40,069 nucleotides of DNA from positions 1-40,069 of the forward strand of contig JBIIGV010000013.1 in assembly GCA_044236265.1 (NCBI GenBank), read 5' to 3'. Each line of letters begins with the position of its first letter. Within the stretch, counting starts at the first letter, position 1. Shown piece by piece: positions 1-9,517 of this stretch. The translations under genes were made by a program, and so were the position numbers. Below the pieces are notes generated by a model. The model saw only the letters and a program-made list of their open reading frames with translations, was not told the DNA's origin and did not search any database. The DNA comes from Oligoflexales bacterium. Lineage in GTDB: Bacteria; Bdellovibrionota_B; Oligoflexia; Oligoflexales; RGVZ01.

Positions 1-534
1 ATCCTGGCGCAAGCGGTTTTAGAGTTGGAGCGAGCTGTTAAAGCTCGAAAGACCCCTGCAGTAAGTCTTGAAGTACAGTCCTTTGCTGCGATCTCGGATG
101 AAGCGACCCCTGAGACAACAGAGTTTGTGTTTGATTTCCGACTCCTTCCTGGTGATTCCCGTGACGCAGTTTTGGCGCAAGTGGGTCAGCTAATGTTAGG
201 ACGTCCCTTGAAGTTTAAGGTCACAGATGAGCCCGTCATTGCTGATGCGTCTCCGATCAATACCCCGTTACTGGAGGCGATCAAACGTGCCAATGTCATG
301 GTTCATCCAAAACAAAAGAGTAGGCCACCCGTGGAAACCCCAATTTTAAACTCTACAACTGACGCAGCTTATTTTCGTCAGCGAGGGATGATTGTTTATG
401 GGTTTGAACCGATCATGCTTGATCCAAATAACGAGCACAGTCACGGAGACAATGAGCATATCTCAGTTGCTTCGATGCGATTTGCAACGCGCGTTACGGA
501 ACTTTATTTAAAAGATTTTTTAGGTCGACGTTAA
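1..534 (+). CDS. M20/M25/M40 family metallopeptidase, C-terminal part (5' end outside window)
   Basis: Frame is open from base 1. DFRLLPG, 'TTDAAYF' and C-terminal 'HSHGDNEHI' motifs are typical of M20 peptidases/deacylases. Confidence 0.75.
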   Translation: MLAQAVLELERAVKARKTPAVSLEVQSFAAISDEATPETTEFVFDFRLLPGDSRDAVLAQVGQLMLGRPLKFKVTDEPVIADASPINTPLLEAIKRANVMVHPKQKSRPPVETPILNSTTDAAYFRQRGMIVYGFEPIMLDPNNEHSHGDNEHISVASMRFATRVTELYLKDFLGRR

Positions 535-545
535 GCTTTAAATCT

Positions 546-1226
546 CTACTCTGCAGAGATCTTGGCAAATATAAGTTTTCGCAAGTCAGTGACACTCGCA
601 CAGTAATGATCCACTCCAGCTGTGGTCAGCTCGTCTTTGGAGCCGTAACCATAGCCAACACCGAGGCTTGTGAGTCGGTTCGCCTTGGCAGCATCGGCGT
701 CGTGTTTGCGATCACCGATCATAACCACCGAGCGATCTGCGACAATATTGTAACGATCCAGCATCCAGCTTAGAAGATCGGCCTTATTGCTGCGTGTTCC
801 GTTTAGCTCACTTCCGTGAATATCTTCAAAAAACTCTTCCAGTCCCCAGTGTCTTAGAATCTGTCGACCATAGGTATGGGCTTTAGCAGTGGCTACAAAC
901 ATACGCACATCAGATTGCTGAAGGTCCTGAAGAAGTTCGCGGATGCCGTCATAAGGAATGTCGCGGTACATGAGCCCTTCGTTGACGTACCAGTGGCGGT
1001 AACGGACGACGGCCTTCTCTATGGTGTCTTTGTCGGTGGTGCCGATCAGCTTCGCCATACAATCGCGCAGAGGTGGACCGATTACCCAAAGAAGGTCTTC
1101 TTCTGCCGGTACGGTTAGCCCTGACTCTCGTAAAAACTCTGAGTAAGCACCGATGATACCGCCACGTGGATCGGTGATCGTCCCGTCCAGGTCCCATAGT
1201 AATGTCTTAAAGGGTTTCGACGTCAT
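546..1226 (-). CDS. HAD-superfamily hydrolase (phosphoglycolate phosphatase/5'-nucleotidase-like)
   Basis: Motif I WDLDGT, VATAK and motif IV IGDRKHD. Start set at ATG 1226, giving an ATGA overlap with the upstream stop at 1223-1225. Confidence 0.88.
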   Translation of the reverse strand: MTSKPFKTLLWDLDGTITDPRGGIIGAYSEFLRESGLTVPAEEDLLWVIGPPLRDCMAKLIGTTDKDTIEKAVVRYRHWYVNEGLMYRDIPYDGIRELLQDLQQSDVRMFVATAKAHTYGRQILRHWGLEEFFEDIHGSELNGTRSNKADLLSWMLDRYNIVADRSVVMIGDRKHDADAAKANRLTSLGVGYGYGSKDELTTAGVDHYCASVTDLRKLIFAKISAE

Positions 1227-2038
1227 TGTTTGATGAGAAGTTCCCGTGTCCATTCGTACAACTCTTCGCAGTCTTTTTCTGCGTCAGAAACGCTACGTAC
1301 AGGTCCAAACTCAATCACTGCTTTGAGTCGTTCGACTTTCAATAAACTCATCAGGTGGGTAGCAAAGGTGTCGTTTTCAATGTAAGCCACCTTGCGCATG
1401 GGTTCATAACGGATGCGAAATGGTTGTACGGGGATATTATGTTTTTCAGCGATCTTGAATGCACCGTGGCGCCAAGGTTTGCTCTCATACATGCAGGTGG
1501 TACCTGACGGGAAAATGCCGATACTACGTTTGTGTTTCACGATGGTTTCGACAATGGCCTCGGCTGCATTGGCGCGTGATTTGCCACTTTCTCGTTTCAC
1601 GAACACAGTGCCCGCTTTTTTACTGGCATCACCGATGACAAGCCACTTGGAGACTTCTTCCTTGGCAACAAACACCACGGGAACACTGGCCATGAGCAGC
1701 GGGATATCAACGTAGCTCATGTGATTACCGACGAAGAGCACAGGTGTGCCCATTTCGGGTGCAACGCCCTTGATCTCAAGATCCATGGACATTACGCCTA
1801 AAACATCTCGAGCCCACTGCAAGATCATCGCTTGCAGTTTTACTTGGGGAAGAGATCCTTGTTTCTTTTCAATTTTTAGTGCTTCCCGATAAGCAGAGGC
1901 CGTGATCTGAAAGACCTTTGCAAACTTGGCCGGCACGCTGAGTTGACGCTTGAAAGCACGACGACGTGCCCCCTTTGCATGAGTGGAGGGCACGTCGTCT
2001 CGAAACTTCAATAAACGTCGGATTCGGTAACGGATCAT
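1223..2038 (-). CDS. plsC: 1-acyl-sn-glycerol-3-phosphate acyltransferase (PlsC-like)
   Basis: NHMSYVD (HX4D), FVAK, FVKR and FPSGT blocks. ATGA overlaps at both ends. Confidence 0.85.
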   Translation of the reverse strand: MIRYRIRRLLKFRDDVPSTHAKGARRRAFKRQLSVPAKFAKVFQITASAYREALKIEKKQGSLPQVKLQAMILQWARDVLGVMSMDLEIKGVAPEMGTPVLFVGNHMSYVDIPLLMASVPVVFVAKEEVSKWLVIGDASKKAGTVFVKRESGKSRANAAEAIVETIVKHKRSIGIFPSGTTCMYESKPWRHGAFKIAEKHNIPVQPFRIRYEPMRKVAYIENDTFATHLMSLLKVERLKAVIEFGPVRSVSDAEKDCEELYEWTRELLIKQ

Positions 2039-2679
2039 ATACCAGCTTTGACGCCTACCAAGATGGCTGTGTTATTGAATGTGATGTCCTTTGCGCCTGC
2101 AGATAGATCGACGCCGCCAATCTTACCTTCTGAAATAGATAAGGTCTCAGAAGACTGCTCAAAGGCCAGCGACACAGCCATAAAAGGTAATCCCTCATAG
2201 TTCAGTCCTGCAGCAATTCGTGGACCAGTGCTTTTAAGTACAACGCTTCCCGAAGCAGTCACGCCTGCCACTGACGCTTCAGTGGTTGCCTTATAGGCCG
2301 ACACGGCTGTGTAACCAACGCGGGCGAATGGTACTAGATCCATGATTAGTGAGAATGGCAGCCAAGCAGTGACTTCTGGAACGATGGCTGTCGATGTCAT
2401 CGATTTAAAACCATGATCAGCAATCTTGGCGTCAAAGGCGTCAGAAACGAGGCGAACGCCGACTCCGATGGGAACAAGAGGAATTGGGTCCAAGTATCCA
2501 GCAATTTCTACGGTCTGGCCGGAAAGGGTTTTGCCGGAGGAACCACTCTGCTCAAAGTTACCGGAGCGTTGGCCGACACTGAGTTCGCCATGAATCAACG
2601 CCATGGCTGGGGTTGTGGCTAAGATTAAAGCAGAAATCGCCGCAGTTTTCGTGAAATGCAAAATCATGGATGGTCTCAT
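2035..2679 (-). CDS. Putative outer-membrane beta-barrel protein
   Basis: Signal peptide (..ILATTPAMA), alternating amphipathic strands, C-terminal VGVKAGI. Start chosen at ATG 2679 after AAGGAAG. Confidence 0.6.
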   Translation of the reverse strand: MRPSMILHFTKTAAISALILATTPAMALIHGELSVGQRSGNFEQSGSSGKTLSGQTVEIAGYLDPIPLVPIGVGVRLVSDAFDAKIADHGFKSMTSTAIVPEVTAWLPFSLIMDLVPFARVGYTAVSAYKATTEASVAGVTASGSVVLKSTGPRIAAGLNYEGLPFMAVSLAFEQSSETLSISEGKIGGVDLSAGAKDITFNNTAILVGVKAGI

Positions 2680-2813
2680 AGGGCTTCCTTGCATAATGAG
2701 GATTTGCGATACTAGATAGTAAAGCACAAAGGGTTTTGATTTTCCACAGATCAGTCTAGCCGGACGACACACTTCCCGGCGATTATTTTGGGGTCCATTT
2801 GCCAAAGTTTTAT

Positions 2814-3959
2814 ATGAATTCAGCGTTAAAGATCCTCTGCGGCAGCGTCCTCTCAGTGTTTGCAGCCAATGAAGCGTGGGCTAGCGGTGTGGCTAATCCC
2901 GCAGAACTGGCTGTGGTCAGGCACCGCGGTCATAGCAAAAAAGGTCATTTTGCAGTCATTGATCAGGGAAGTGACACTGGCTTTGTGATTGGTCGTGATG
3001 TGTGCTTTTTTGGATCTGACCTGCGTAAATTGCTATGTGCCGGAATTGTGCGCACAAAGCCCCGCGCCGCAGCTATTGTGCTGACGCCTGAAGACAAAGA
3101 TAAAATCACTGATGGAGTATACGCTTGGCCTGCAGATTTGGGGCCGGTGACCTCTTATATGGTGGAGCGGTTGCAGAATGGCGCCCTCGACGACAAGGGT
3201 GATGCCGCAAGCTTGGCTGAGGAGGAGGAAGATCCTCCAGCGCCAATTCTACCGCCGGTGCTCAAATCGAGAACTCAGTTTCATATTGCCCCGACGATGT
3301 CGCTACCGATTTGGATGAATGATCTGCGGTTTGAGGCAGGAGCGCGTGCGAAAGGCTCTGGCGAAATCTGGAGCAGTGGTGACACGATCCGAGGATCAGT
3401 GGTGGGTTTTGGTCTAAGACACCACATCCCTCAAAACGGTAACGGCGATGCAGCCTTTGATGTGACCTATCACTTCGTGCCGCAAAATCCTGTCAAAGAC
3501 GATTTTGATTTAACAGATGGCTCAGTAGCGGTGCAGTCAGCTGTGTGGTCTCATCATTACCGATTCCGATGGCTGCGTGGCGCTACGTGGCGTCACAGAG
3601 ATGATAGTGATTTACTCCTCTATACAGGCCTAGGTTACGACCTTATGATGGCCAAGTTTGAAGCTGCGAAGACGGGTGCCTCCAAGGATAAATTGGTGAC
3701 AGGCTCCATCTCGGCCCATGCAGTGGAGATTCCTCTTGTGGTCGCTTACCAGATGCATTTTGGTCGCTTCATGCTCACCTCTGGTGCTGACATGGCTATT
3801 CCGCTCTATATGGGCGGCGTGAAAGCCAGAGGAACCCTTCATTATTCTGAAAACGTCGGCAATGCCGACAAATCTCTCGGCGGCGCCATTGACGCCCTCA
3901 ACGTACGCCGAGGGTGGTTCTCCGTCGCACTCCAGTTTGGTCTGGGTGCGGTGTTTTGA
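2814..3959 (+). CDS. Hypothetical exported protein with probable C-terminal outer-membrane beta-barrel
   Basis: Signal peptide (..ANEAWA), small N-terminal beta domain, acidic/Pro linker (EEEEDPPAPILPP), beta-strand-rich C-terminus ending in Phe (FGLGAVF). Confidence 0.6.
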   Translation: MNSALKILCGSVLSVFAANEAWASGVANPAELAVVRHRGHSKKGHFAVIDQGSDTGFVIGRDVCFFGSDLRKLLCAGIVRTKPRAAAIVLTPEDKDKITDGVYAWPADLGPVTSYMVERLQNGALDDKGDAASLAEEEEDPPAPILPPVLKSRTQFHIAPTMSLPIWMNDLRFEAGARAKGSGEIWSSGDTIRGSVVGFGLRHHIPQNGNGDAAFDVTYHFVPQNPVKDDFDLTDGSVAVQSAVWSHHYRFRWLRGATWRHRDDSDLLLYTGLGYDLMMAKFEAAKTGASKDKLVTGSISAHAVEIPLVVAYQMHFGRFMLTSGADMAIPLYMGGVKARGTLHYSENVGNADKSLGGAIDALNVRRGWFSVALQFGLGAVF

Positions 3960-4021
3960 GGCTTCAATCCAGAGCGCTCAGAATATAAAGAATTTTCTAG
4001 TCTCGATTCACGATCGAGACT

Positions 4022-6772
4022 TTAGCGCCCAAGGCGCTTAAATGTCGGTGACTTCGCGGTGTCACACCCTGGGAATCGCATCTCTGGGGTTTTGCCGTAG
4101 ACACTATTGTTCATGATGCTCGGATCACAGGTGAATAGCAGTTGATTATCATCGCTCACTTTGAAGCGAAGATACTCTGTTCGTTTGTCATTTCCACAAC
4201 TGCTTTCAGTGAGGTTTTGCTTTGTGCCTCGAGTCCAGTTTTTTAAGCCGCAACCAAATTGATCGGGATATGTATTTGCAGCGGTGACGCCTGCGTCGGT
4301 AAATATCAATCCTTCTTTGCGGTTAAACGATACATCAATTGGAAACGTACCAGCATCGCTTGTAAAGGTTGCGGAACCGTCTTCTATCATTTGTGAGAGC
4401 TTGGTGCCCACAGCACAGTTATCCGAGGCAAATAACTCTTCTGAAAATGTGACTTTGCCCCCGCTGATAATACCTAGTCGCATTTGCTTCGATTTAACCG
4501 TATTTGGAGGTGCGCCAAAGCTGTCTCCGCCACCGCCATCAGCCATAGTTCCATCTCCGCATATCACTTCTACCGGTGACGACGCAGCTGTGTAACTTGA
4601 CAGATACAGCTTGATGTCTGTCCGGCCCTCGAAATATTTGAAATAACAATCGTTCGGCGCAATGGCGGTGATGATATTGTTTTCGGCCTTACTCTTGGGA
4701 ATTGTGACTAATGTTGCTTCTGAAACTGCACCGACAGGAATGTTGGAGGAGTAGCTTTCTACAGGTGTCATGCCGTTGATGCTTATTTTTAATTTATAGT
4801 CTGTTTTTCCATTGGTGACGGTCGGCTTGGCAATAACGAGTAGATCATTTGTTAAAGTGCCTGTGGATGAACTGTTTCCATAAGACCAGTCTGGCATGTC
4901 AGCCTCGGTTGTGCTGACGTTTTGGCAGTAAAAAATCGACGTGTCACTGATCAACGCAAGTTTAAAGCTGTAGTTTTTCAGCGGAGCTAAATTGTTGATG
5001 TGTTTGGACCCTTCCCCTTTATTCGACCAAGCGTCTGATGACATGGCGAGCGGTTTTGGGTTTGATGAGCAACCGAGACCGTCGTACTGCGTCAGTTGTA
5101 GGTCCTCAATTTTGATTCTTTCACCCTCCCAATGCAGTCGAGCCCATTGACCGCCGGCTGCATAGCTGCGAATCTTAAAATAAGGTTTATTTAAAAATGT
5201 TTGGCGTTTCACACATGATGAATAAATTGTGTCAGATCCATTGGTAGAGCCCTTGATTTTAAAGGAACGAAGGTCGGGTTCATCTGGACTGAGCGCAAAT
5301 ACTTCGACAGTGCTGTTTGAGACCTCCTTTCCGATGTCTCCCGAGCAATCCTCCGATTTATAGGCGAGTAGATAATATGTATGGCGTCCGCCTTCCCAAT
5401 CAATTTCTGTAACACCACCCTCGTTTTGATAAATATTACTTATGGTAACTCCCGCTTCCGGAGGGGAGGGAACTGAAGGTAACGGAGTGACCGGAATGCA
5501 GTTGGATGCCAATGATGGATGGTCAGCATTCATCACCTTGGCCCATAGATTTTTATGAACATCGCCTGACTGAAGGTCAACGGTTATTGTGTTTGATGTC
5601 GAAGTAGTATGAGATCTTCTGTTTGTACAAGCATCGTTATCATAATATTCCAAACGCACGGTCGTTATATCACTAGACCAAGCTGCCGACACTTCGAGCT
5701 GCGAAGGCGCTTCGGACCCAAGAATTATCTTAATACTGTTGATCTTGAGGTACGGAAGGCTTTCTGATCGCTTAAAAACTGGTAAACATGCAGAGGTTTG
5801 CGTCTCGTTTGATATATCATTGATCCGGTAATACCAGTCTTGTTGAGTTAGGCTATCCATGCCGACGAATCCCAAGGATGAAACGGTCTCCCAAGTTCCA
5901 GAGCAATCTGCATTGGTGTACTTTTTAATTGCAAGGTTGGTATCTTTTTTCCCACGGACCACAAAGTGACTTTTGCCGAATTCAGAATTTGATTGGGTTT
6001 GAACCTGACCCCACGTCGGTTTGAGAAAGCTTGGTTCGGTGTATGCTTGCCGCGCGACACACATGCCCCAGTCTCCTAGCAGGGGAAATTTTGCATTTGC
6101 AACCGTGCCTGTTCCTTCACTTGTGGTTGCGCTGACTCTAGAACTGATTGGCTTTTCAGCGCGGGCTAGTTGAAACGTGCCAAATTTAGTTGTTTGGAAC
6201 GTAACCTTGCTATTCGATATGACTACCTCTTCGCCCGGGATCACGCCTTTTACAAACGTTACTTCACCATTCACGACTTTGCTCCAGTGATACATCACAA
6301 CGAGGTTGTCGCTGTTTTCTGTTAACGCTAAAGACGTGACGGATAAAGGTAAAGAGAGTGTAAACGGATTTGACGCTTCAACGTTGGAGCTTGGAATAAA
6401 GCTGACACTCGGACCTGCCGCTGTGACGGTGTTGTTAGTTAGGCCGATCTCTGCGAGGAAGTCGGCAGAACTCAATGTTGGCCCTTGACCGACTGTGATT
6501 TCAACGGGAATTGACAGAGATCCCGGAGGAATGGCTATGGCAGACCCTGCTAACGCTCCTGAATCAAATCTCATAATTTGAGTTGTTGTAGCATTGGGAT
6601 CAATGGTCGCCGTGATGTTGCCAGCTTCGTCAATGGTGGTGGACAACGCGGCAAGGCCGGAGGTTTTGTTGCGGATGGATGATTTCATAAACGAGTCACT
6701 GCAGGCCGTCGTGATGACTCCAGAGAGTGAAATAATTGCTATAAGATTTAGGTAGTTTGCTGTTCTGTCCAT
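4022..6772 (-). CDS. Large multidomain surface lipoprotein, 916 aa (hypothetical)
   Basis: Lipobox-like ITTAC, RBS AAGGAGG, N-terminal ZU5-like region (AIAIPPGSL..GPSVSF..FTLSLP), repeated Y-x4-5-C motifs. Confidence 0.7.
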   Translation of the reverse strand: MDRTANYLNLIAIISLSGVITTACSDSFMKSSIRNKTSGLAALSTTIDEAGNITATIDPNATTTQIMRFDSGALAGSAIAIPPGSLSIPVEITVGQGPTLSSADFLAEIGLTNNTVTAAGPSVSFIPSSNVEASNPFTLSLPLSVTSLALTENSDNLVVMYHWSKVVNGEVTFVKGVIPGEEVVISNSKVTFQTTKFGTFQLARAEKPISSRVSATTSEGTGTVANAKFPLLGDWGMCVARQAYTEPSFLKPTWGQVQTQSNSEFGKSHFVVRGKKDTNLAIKKYTNADCSGTWETVSSLGFVGMDSLTQQDWYYRINDISNETQTSACLPVFKRSESLPYLKINSIKIILGSEAPSQLEVSAAWSSDITTVRLEYYDNDACTNRRSHTTSTSNTITVDLQSGDVHKNLWAKVMNADHPSLASNCIPVTPLPSVPSPPEAGVTISNIYQNEGGVTEIDWEGGRHTYYLLAYKSEDCSGDIGKEVSNSTVEVFALSPDEPDLRSFKIKGSTNGSDTIYSSCVKRQTFLNKPYFKIRSYAAGGQWARLHWEGERIKIEDLQLTQYDGLGCSSNPKPLAMSSDAWSNKGEGSKHINNLAPLKNYSFKLALISDTSIFYCQNVSTTEADMPDWSYGNSSSTGTLTNDLLVIAKPTVTNGKTDYKLKISINGMTPVESYSSNIPVGAVSEATLVTIPKSKAENNIITAIAPNDCYFKYFEGRTDIKLYLSSYTAASSPVEVICGDGTMADGGGGDSFGAPPNTVKSKQMRLGIISGGKVTFSEELFASDNCAVGTKLSQMIEDGSATFTSDAGTFPIDVSFNRKEGLIFTDAGVTAANTYPDQFGCGLKNWTRGTKQNLTESSCGNDKRTEYLRFKVSDDNQLLFTCDPSIMNNSVYGKTPEMRFPGCDTAKSPTFKRLGR

Positions 6773-6803
6773 AGATCAGACGCCTCCTTTGTCCCTAAGG
6801 CGG

Positions 6804-6831
6804 TGTTCGACAGATGGGGGGCATATCTTTA
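6804..6831 (-). promoter_or_regulatory. sigma28/FliA-like promoter
   Basis: Minus strand TAAAG..-N16-GTCGAACA about 30 bp upstream of the 916-aa lipoprotein start. Confidence 0.5.
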
Positions 6832-6912
6832 GACGTTGTTGGCAGTTGTCCTTTATTAAGACGGCTATTTCTGGCATATCATGGGGTTATCTGACATTAG
6901 CCTGAGGCCTTC

Positions 6913-8313
6913 ATGACCCAAAAACAGACCCCCGAAGCATCCCCTTTTGACCTTCCAGCAGTGATCTCGTCCCAAGTGGCGTCAGGTGTAAAAACACCAC
7001 CGACCAGTGATGACGCATGGCAGGTTTTGCATCGTGCGCACGCGCAGCGACTGCAATCTGCGTGGGGTGGTGTGCTATCGCGACTTGGAGTTGATGGTCT
7101 CGTAATTCATTCGGGTCAGTCTGTGCTTAAATACAGTCGTGATGATCAGTATTGGCCGACGGCAATGACGCCGCATTTTGCTCATTGGTGTCCATACGCC
7201 GAGACGCCAGCGTTTTTAGTGATTCGTCCGGGAGAAAAGCCCAAGCTGATCACCGAACGCCATCAATCATTCTGGGAAGGGCCTGCTCCACGAAATCTCC
7301 GCTGGGATCAGACGAGTTTTGATGTGGAGACTGTTGACGATCTTGGTGCGTTGAAGTGGCCTGTGGGCTACGCCTTTATCGGTGATGATCTAAAACTCGC
7401 GCTAAAAACAGGGCTTGTGATTGAGCAGTGTAACCGCGCTGATCTCTTGGCTGCAGCCGATGGTTTCAGAACACTGAAGTCAGACTATGAAATTGCCTCG
7501 ATGCGTGTTGCTGCCGAGGTGGCTGCTCGTGGTCATAATCATCTGCGTAAGCTATTTGATCAAGGCCCAGTCAGCGAATTTACGCTGCACTTGGAGTACC
7601 TGCGACTGACTGAACAATCTGATTTTGATTTGCCCTATGGCAACATTGTAGCTTTGGGAGCCAATTGCGGGATTCTCCATCACGTGCACTATGACCGTAA
7701 GATCATTGACGGCGCGACATCGCTACTCGTAGACGCGGGAGCTACATGTAATGGCTTTGCGTCAGATATCACCCGCACATGGGTGCGCGGCAGTTCTGAG
7801 ATGGCGGCATTGTTTGGTGCACTGATTAAAGCAGTCGACAAGGCGCAACGTGAGTTGGTGAAAGGCGTGACCGTTGGTCGACGCTACGAGGACCTCCATA
7901 ATCACGCTCACGCACTCTTGGCTTCGGTACTTAAAGATAGCGGGCTTGTGACGTGCAGTGTGGATGAAATGGTTGCGGCGGGACTGACGCGGTTGTTTTT
8001 CCCCCATGGCCTTGGTCACTCACTTGGGATTCAGGTGCATGATGTGGGAATGAAACTAGCAAAACCCTCCGCAGAAAATCCCTACTTGAGAAATACCAGT
8101 ATGATCACGGCGGGGCAGGTGGTCACGATTGAACCGGGGGTTTATTTTATTCCTAAACTGATGCAAGACGCCCTGACTGGGCCCAAGAAAGCATTTGTAA
8201 ACGAGGCTCTCGTCAAGGGGCTCATGCCGTTTGGCGGTATTCGCATTGAAGATGATATTTTAGTCACCACTCAAGGTCCGATAAACCTGACAAGAGACCT
8301 TGTTTTTGAATAA
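6913..8313 (+). CDS. pepQ: Xaa-Pro dipeptidase (prolidase, M24B)
   Basis: LVDAGA, ASDITRT, FFPHGLGHSLGIQVHDVG, TIEPGVYF and GGIRIEDD metal-binding motifs, in the E. coli PepQ-like arrangement. Confidence 0.92.
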   Translation: MTQKQTPEASPFDLPAVISSQVASGVKTPPTSDDAWQVLHRAHAQRLQSAWGGVLSRLGVDGLVIHSGQSVLKYSRDDQYWPTAMTPHFAHWCPYAETPAFLVIRPGEKPKLITERHQSFWEGPAPRNLRWDQTSFDVETVDDLGALKWPVGYAFIGDDLKLALKTGLVIEQCNRADLLAAADGFRTLKSDYEIASMRVAAEVAARGHNHLRKLFDQGPVSEFTLHLEYLRLTEQSDFDLPYGNIVALGANCGILHHVHYDRKIIDGATSLLVDAGATCNGFASDITRTWVRGSSEMAALFGALIKAVDKAQRELVKGVTVGRRYEDLHNHAHALLASVLKDSGLVTCSVDEMVAAGLTRLFFPHGLGHSLGIQVHDVGMKLAKPSAENPYLRNTSMITAGQVVTIEPGVYFIPKLMQDALTGPKKAFVNEALVKGLMPFGGIRIEDDILVTTQGPINLTRDLVFE

Positions 8314-8381
8314 ATAATGATATGGTACCATTGTGTTACTAAGTTGATGGGTGGCTTAAAGCTGAAAACGGAGTTTGCGAC

Positions 8382-8768
8382 GTGCCTGCACCTGAATTGA
8401 AATTTATCGCTATCAAGTTCGATAAGATGGCTGATCAGGATGAAACAGTTCTTCAGGGATACATCCAGCGAGAGTTGACCAAACGAAATGCTGCGGTTGA
8501 CGAAGCCAATACTCCCGTCAAGCAACAGCGTGAAGCCTTTCGCGTGAAGTTTAACAATATGAAAGTCAAAGCGATCACTGAAGCGACGCAAAAACTTCCT
8601 CAGCAAGAGTTTGAAGTTAATTTGGAAGATATTTCTGTGGGTGGCTGCTGCATTGGGTTAAACAAAGAGATTGGCGTTGCCAAAAATGGCACCATCTATT
8701 TGACATTGCATTTCACGCAACCGAATCTTTCTGTTCGCGGCACAATCTTAGGGCTTCGCAAGTCCTAA
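8382..8768 (+). CDS. PilZ-domain c-di-GMP receptor, apparently circularly permuted
   Basis: RxxxR (QREAFR) and DxSxxG (DISVGG). GTG start after GGAG. Confidence 0.75.
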   Translation: MPAPELKFIAIKFDKMADQDETVLQGYIQRELTKRNAAVDEANTPVKQQREAFRVKFNNMKVKAITEATQKLPQQEFEVNLEDISVGGCCIGLNKEIGVAKNGTIYLTLHFTQPNLSVRGTILGLRKS

Positions 8769-9323
8769 TTCTTCTCGCAGGGCATCAAGTCCAGATTTTT
8801 TGATCGTCGAAATGGCGTGGGTGCTCACGATGCGTACGCCCTTACTTTTCAGAGCATTTTCTAAAAACCGCATGCGCTGCATCAGTTCGCCACGAGAAAC
8901 TTTGTCGCACTTAGTTAAGACTAGTACCAGCGGAGCGCGCTGACTTAAGGCTAGAGCTAGCTGAAAGTCCGTGTCATCCATATCTCTGCGTGGATCCCAA
9001 AGGAACAAAAACTTTGTGATCACGGGTCTCGCCAGGTATCCGTCCATGAGCTCTTGCCAGTCCGCATGCTCGCGGTTACCTGTGGCTGCAAAGCCGTAAC
9101 CAGGAAGGTCGACAAAATAAAGACTATCGTTCACCGAGAAGAAGTTGGCCATCTGCGTGCGTCCAGGTGTGCGACTGGTTCGCGCTAGGCCCGTGTAATT
9201 CAGCAGGGCATTGAGAAGGCTAGATTTGCCAACGTTTGAACGTCCGATGAACGCCAACTCAGGCAGGCTCATGGGTGGTAATTGGTGGGCCTTGGCCGCA
9301 CTTGTTTCGTACTTGGCTTTCAT
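8748..9323 (-). CDS. engB: Ribosome biogenesis GTPase YihA/YsxC/EngB
   Basis: GRSNVGKSS, PGRT, DLPGYG, TKCDK. Likely start ATG 9323 (MKAKYETSA). Confidence 0.93.
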   Translation of the reverse strand: MKAKYETSAAKAHQLPPMSLPELAFIGRSNVGKSSLLNALLNYTGLARTSRTPGRTQMANFFSVNDSLYFVDLPGYGFAATGNREHADWQELMDGYLARPVITKFLFLWDPRRDMDDTDFQLALALSQRAPLVLVLTKCDKVSRGELMQRMRFLENALKSKGVRIVSTHAISTIKKSGLDALREELGLAKP

Positions 9324-9517
9324 GGTGAGGCAGCTTCTACAGGCGTTCGCCATGAGCGTCAAGGCTGAATAGCCGCTCTAACATCCTGAAATTTCAAGAT
9401 GTCTTTGCCAGACTGATAAGGCCTTGGATCGCCCAAAAAAGTGCGGTAAGGTCTCAAATTCCTAAGTGAATGCAACAATTTAGACAGCTTTTGCGGTGAG
9501 CCTATGGGAGGGCTTTC

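Noticed and set aside
8271..8606. Antisense 111-aa ORF and the many other short overlapping ORFs in the track
   Set aside because: Shadow frames of well-supported genes, with no motifs or RBS.
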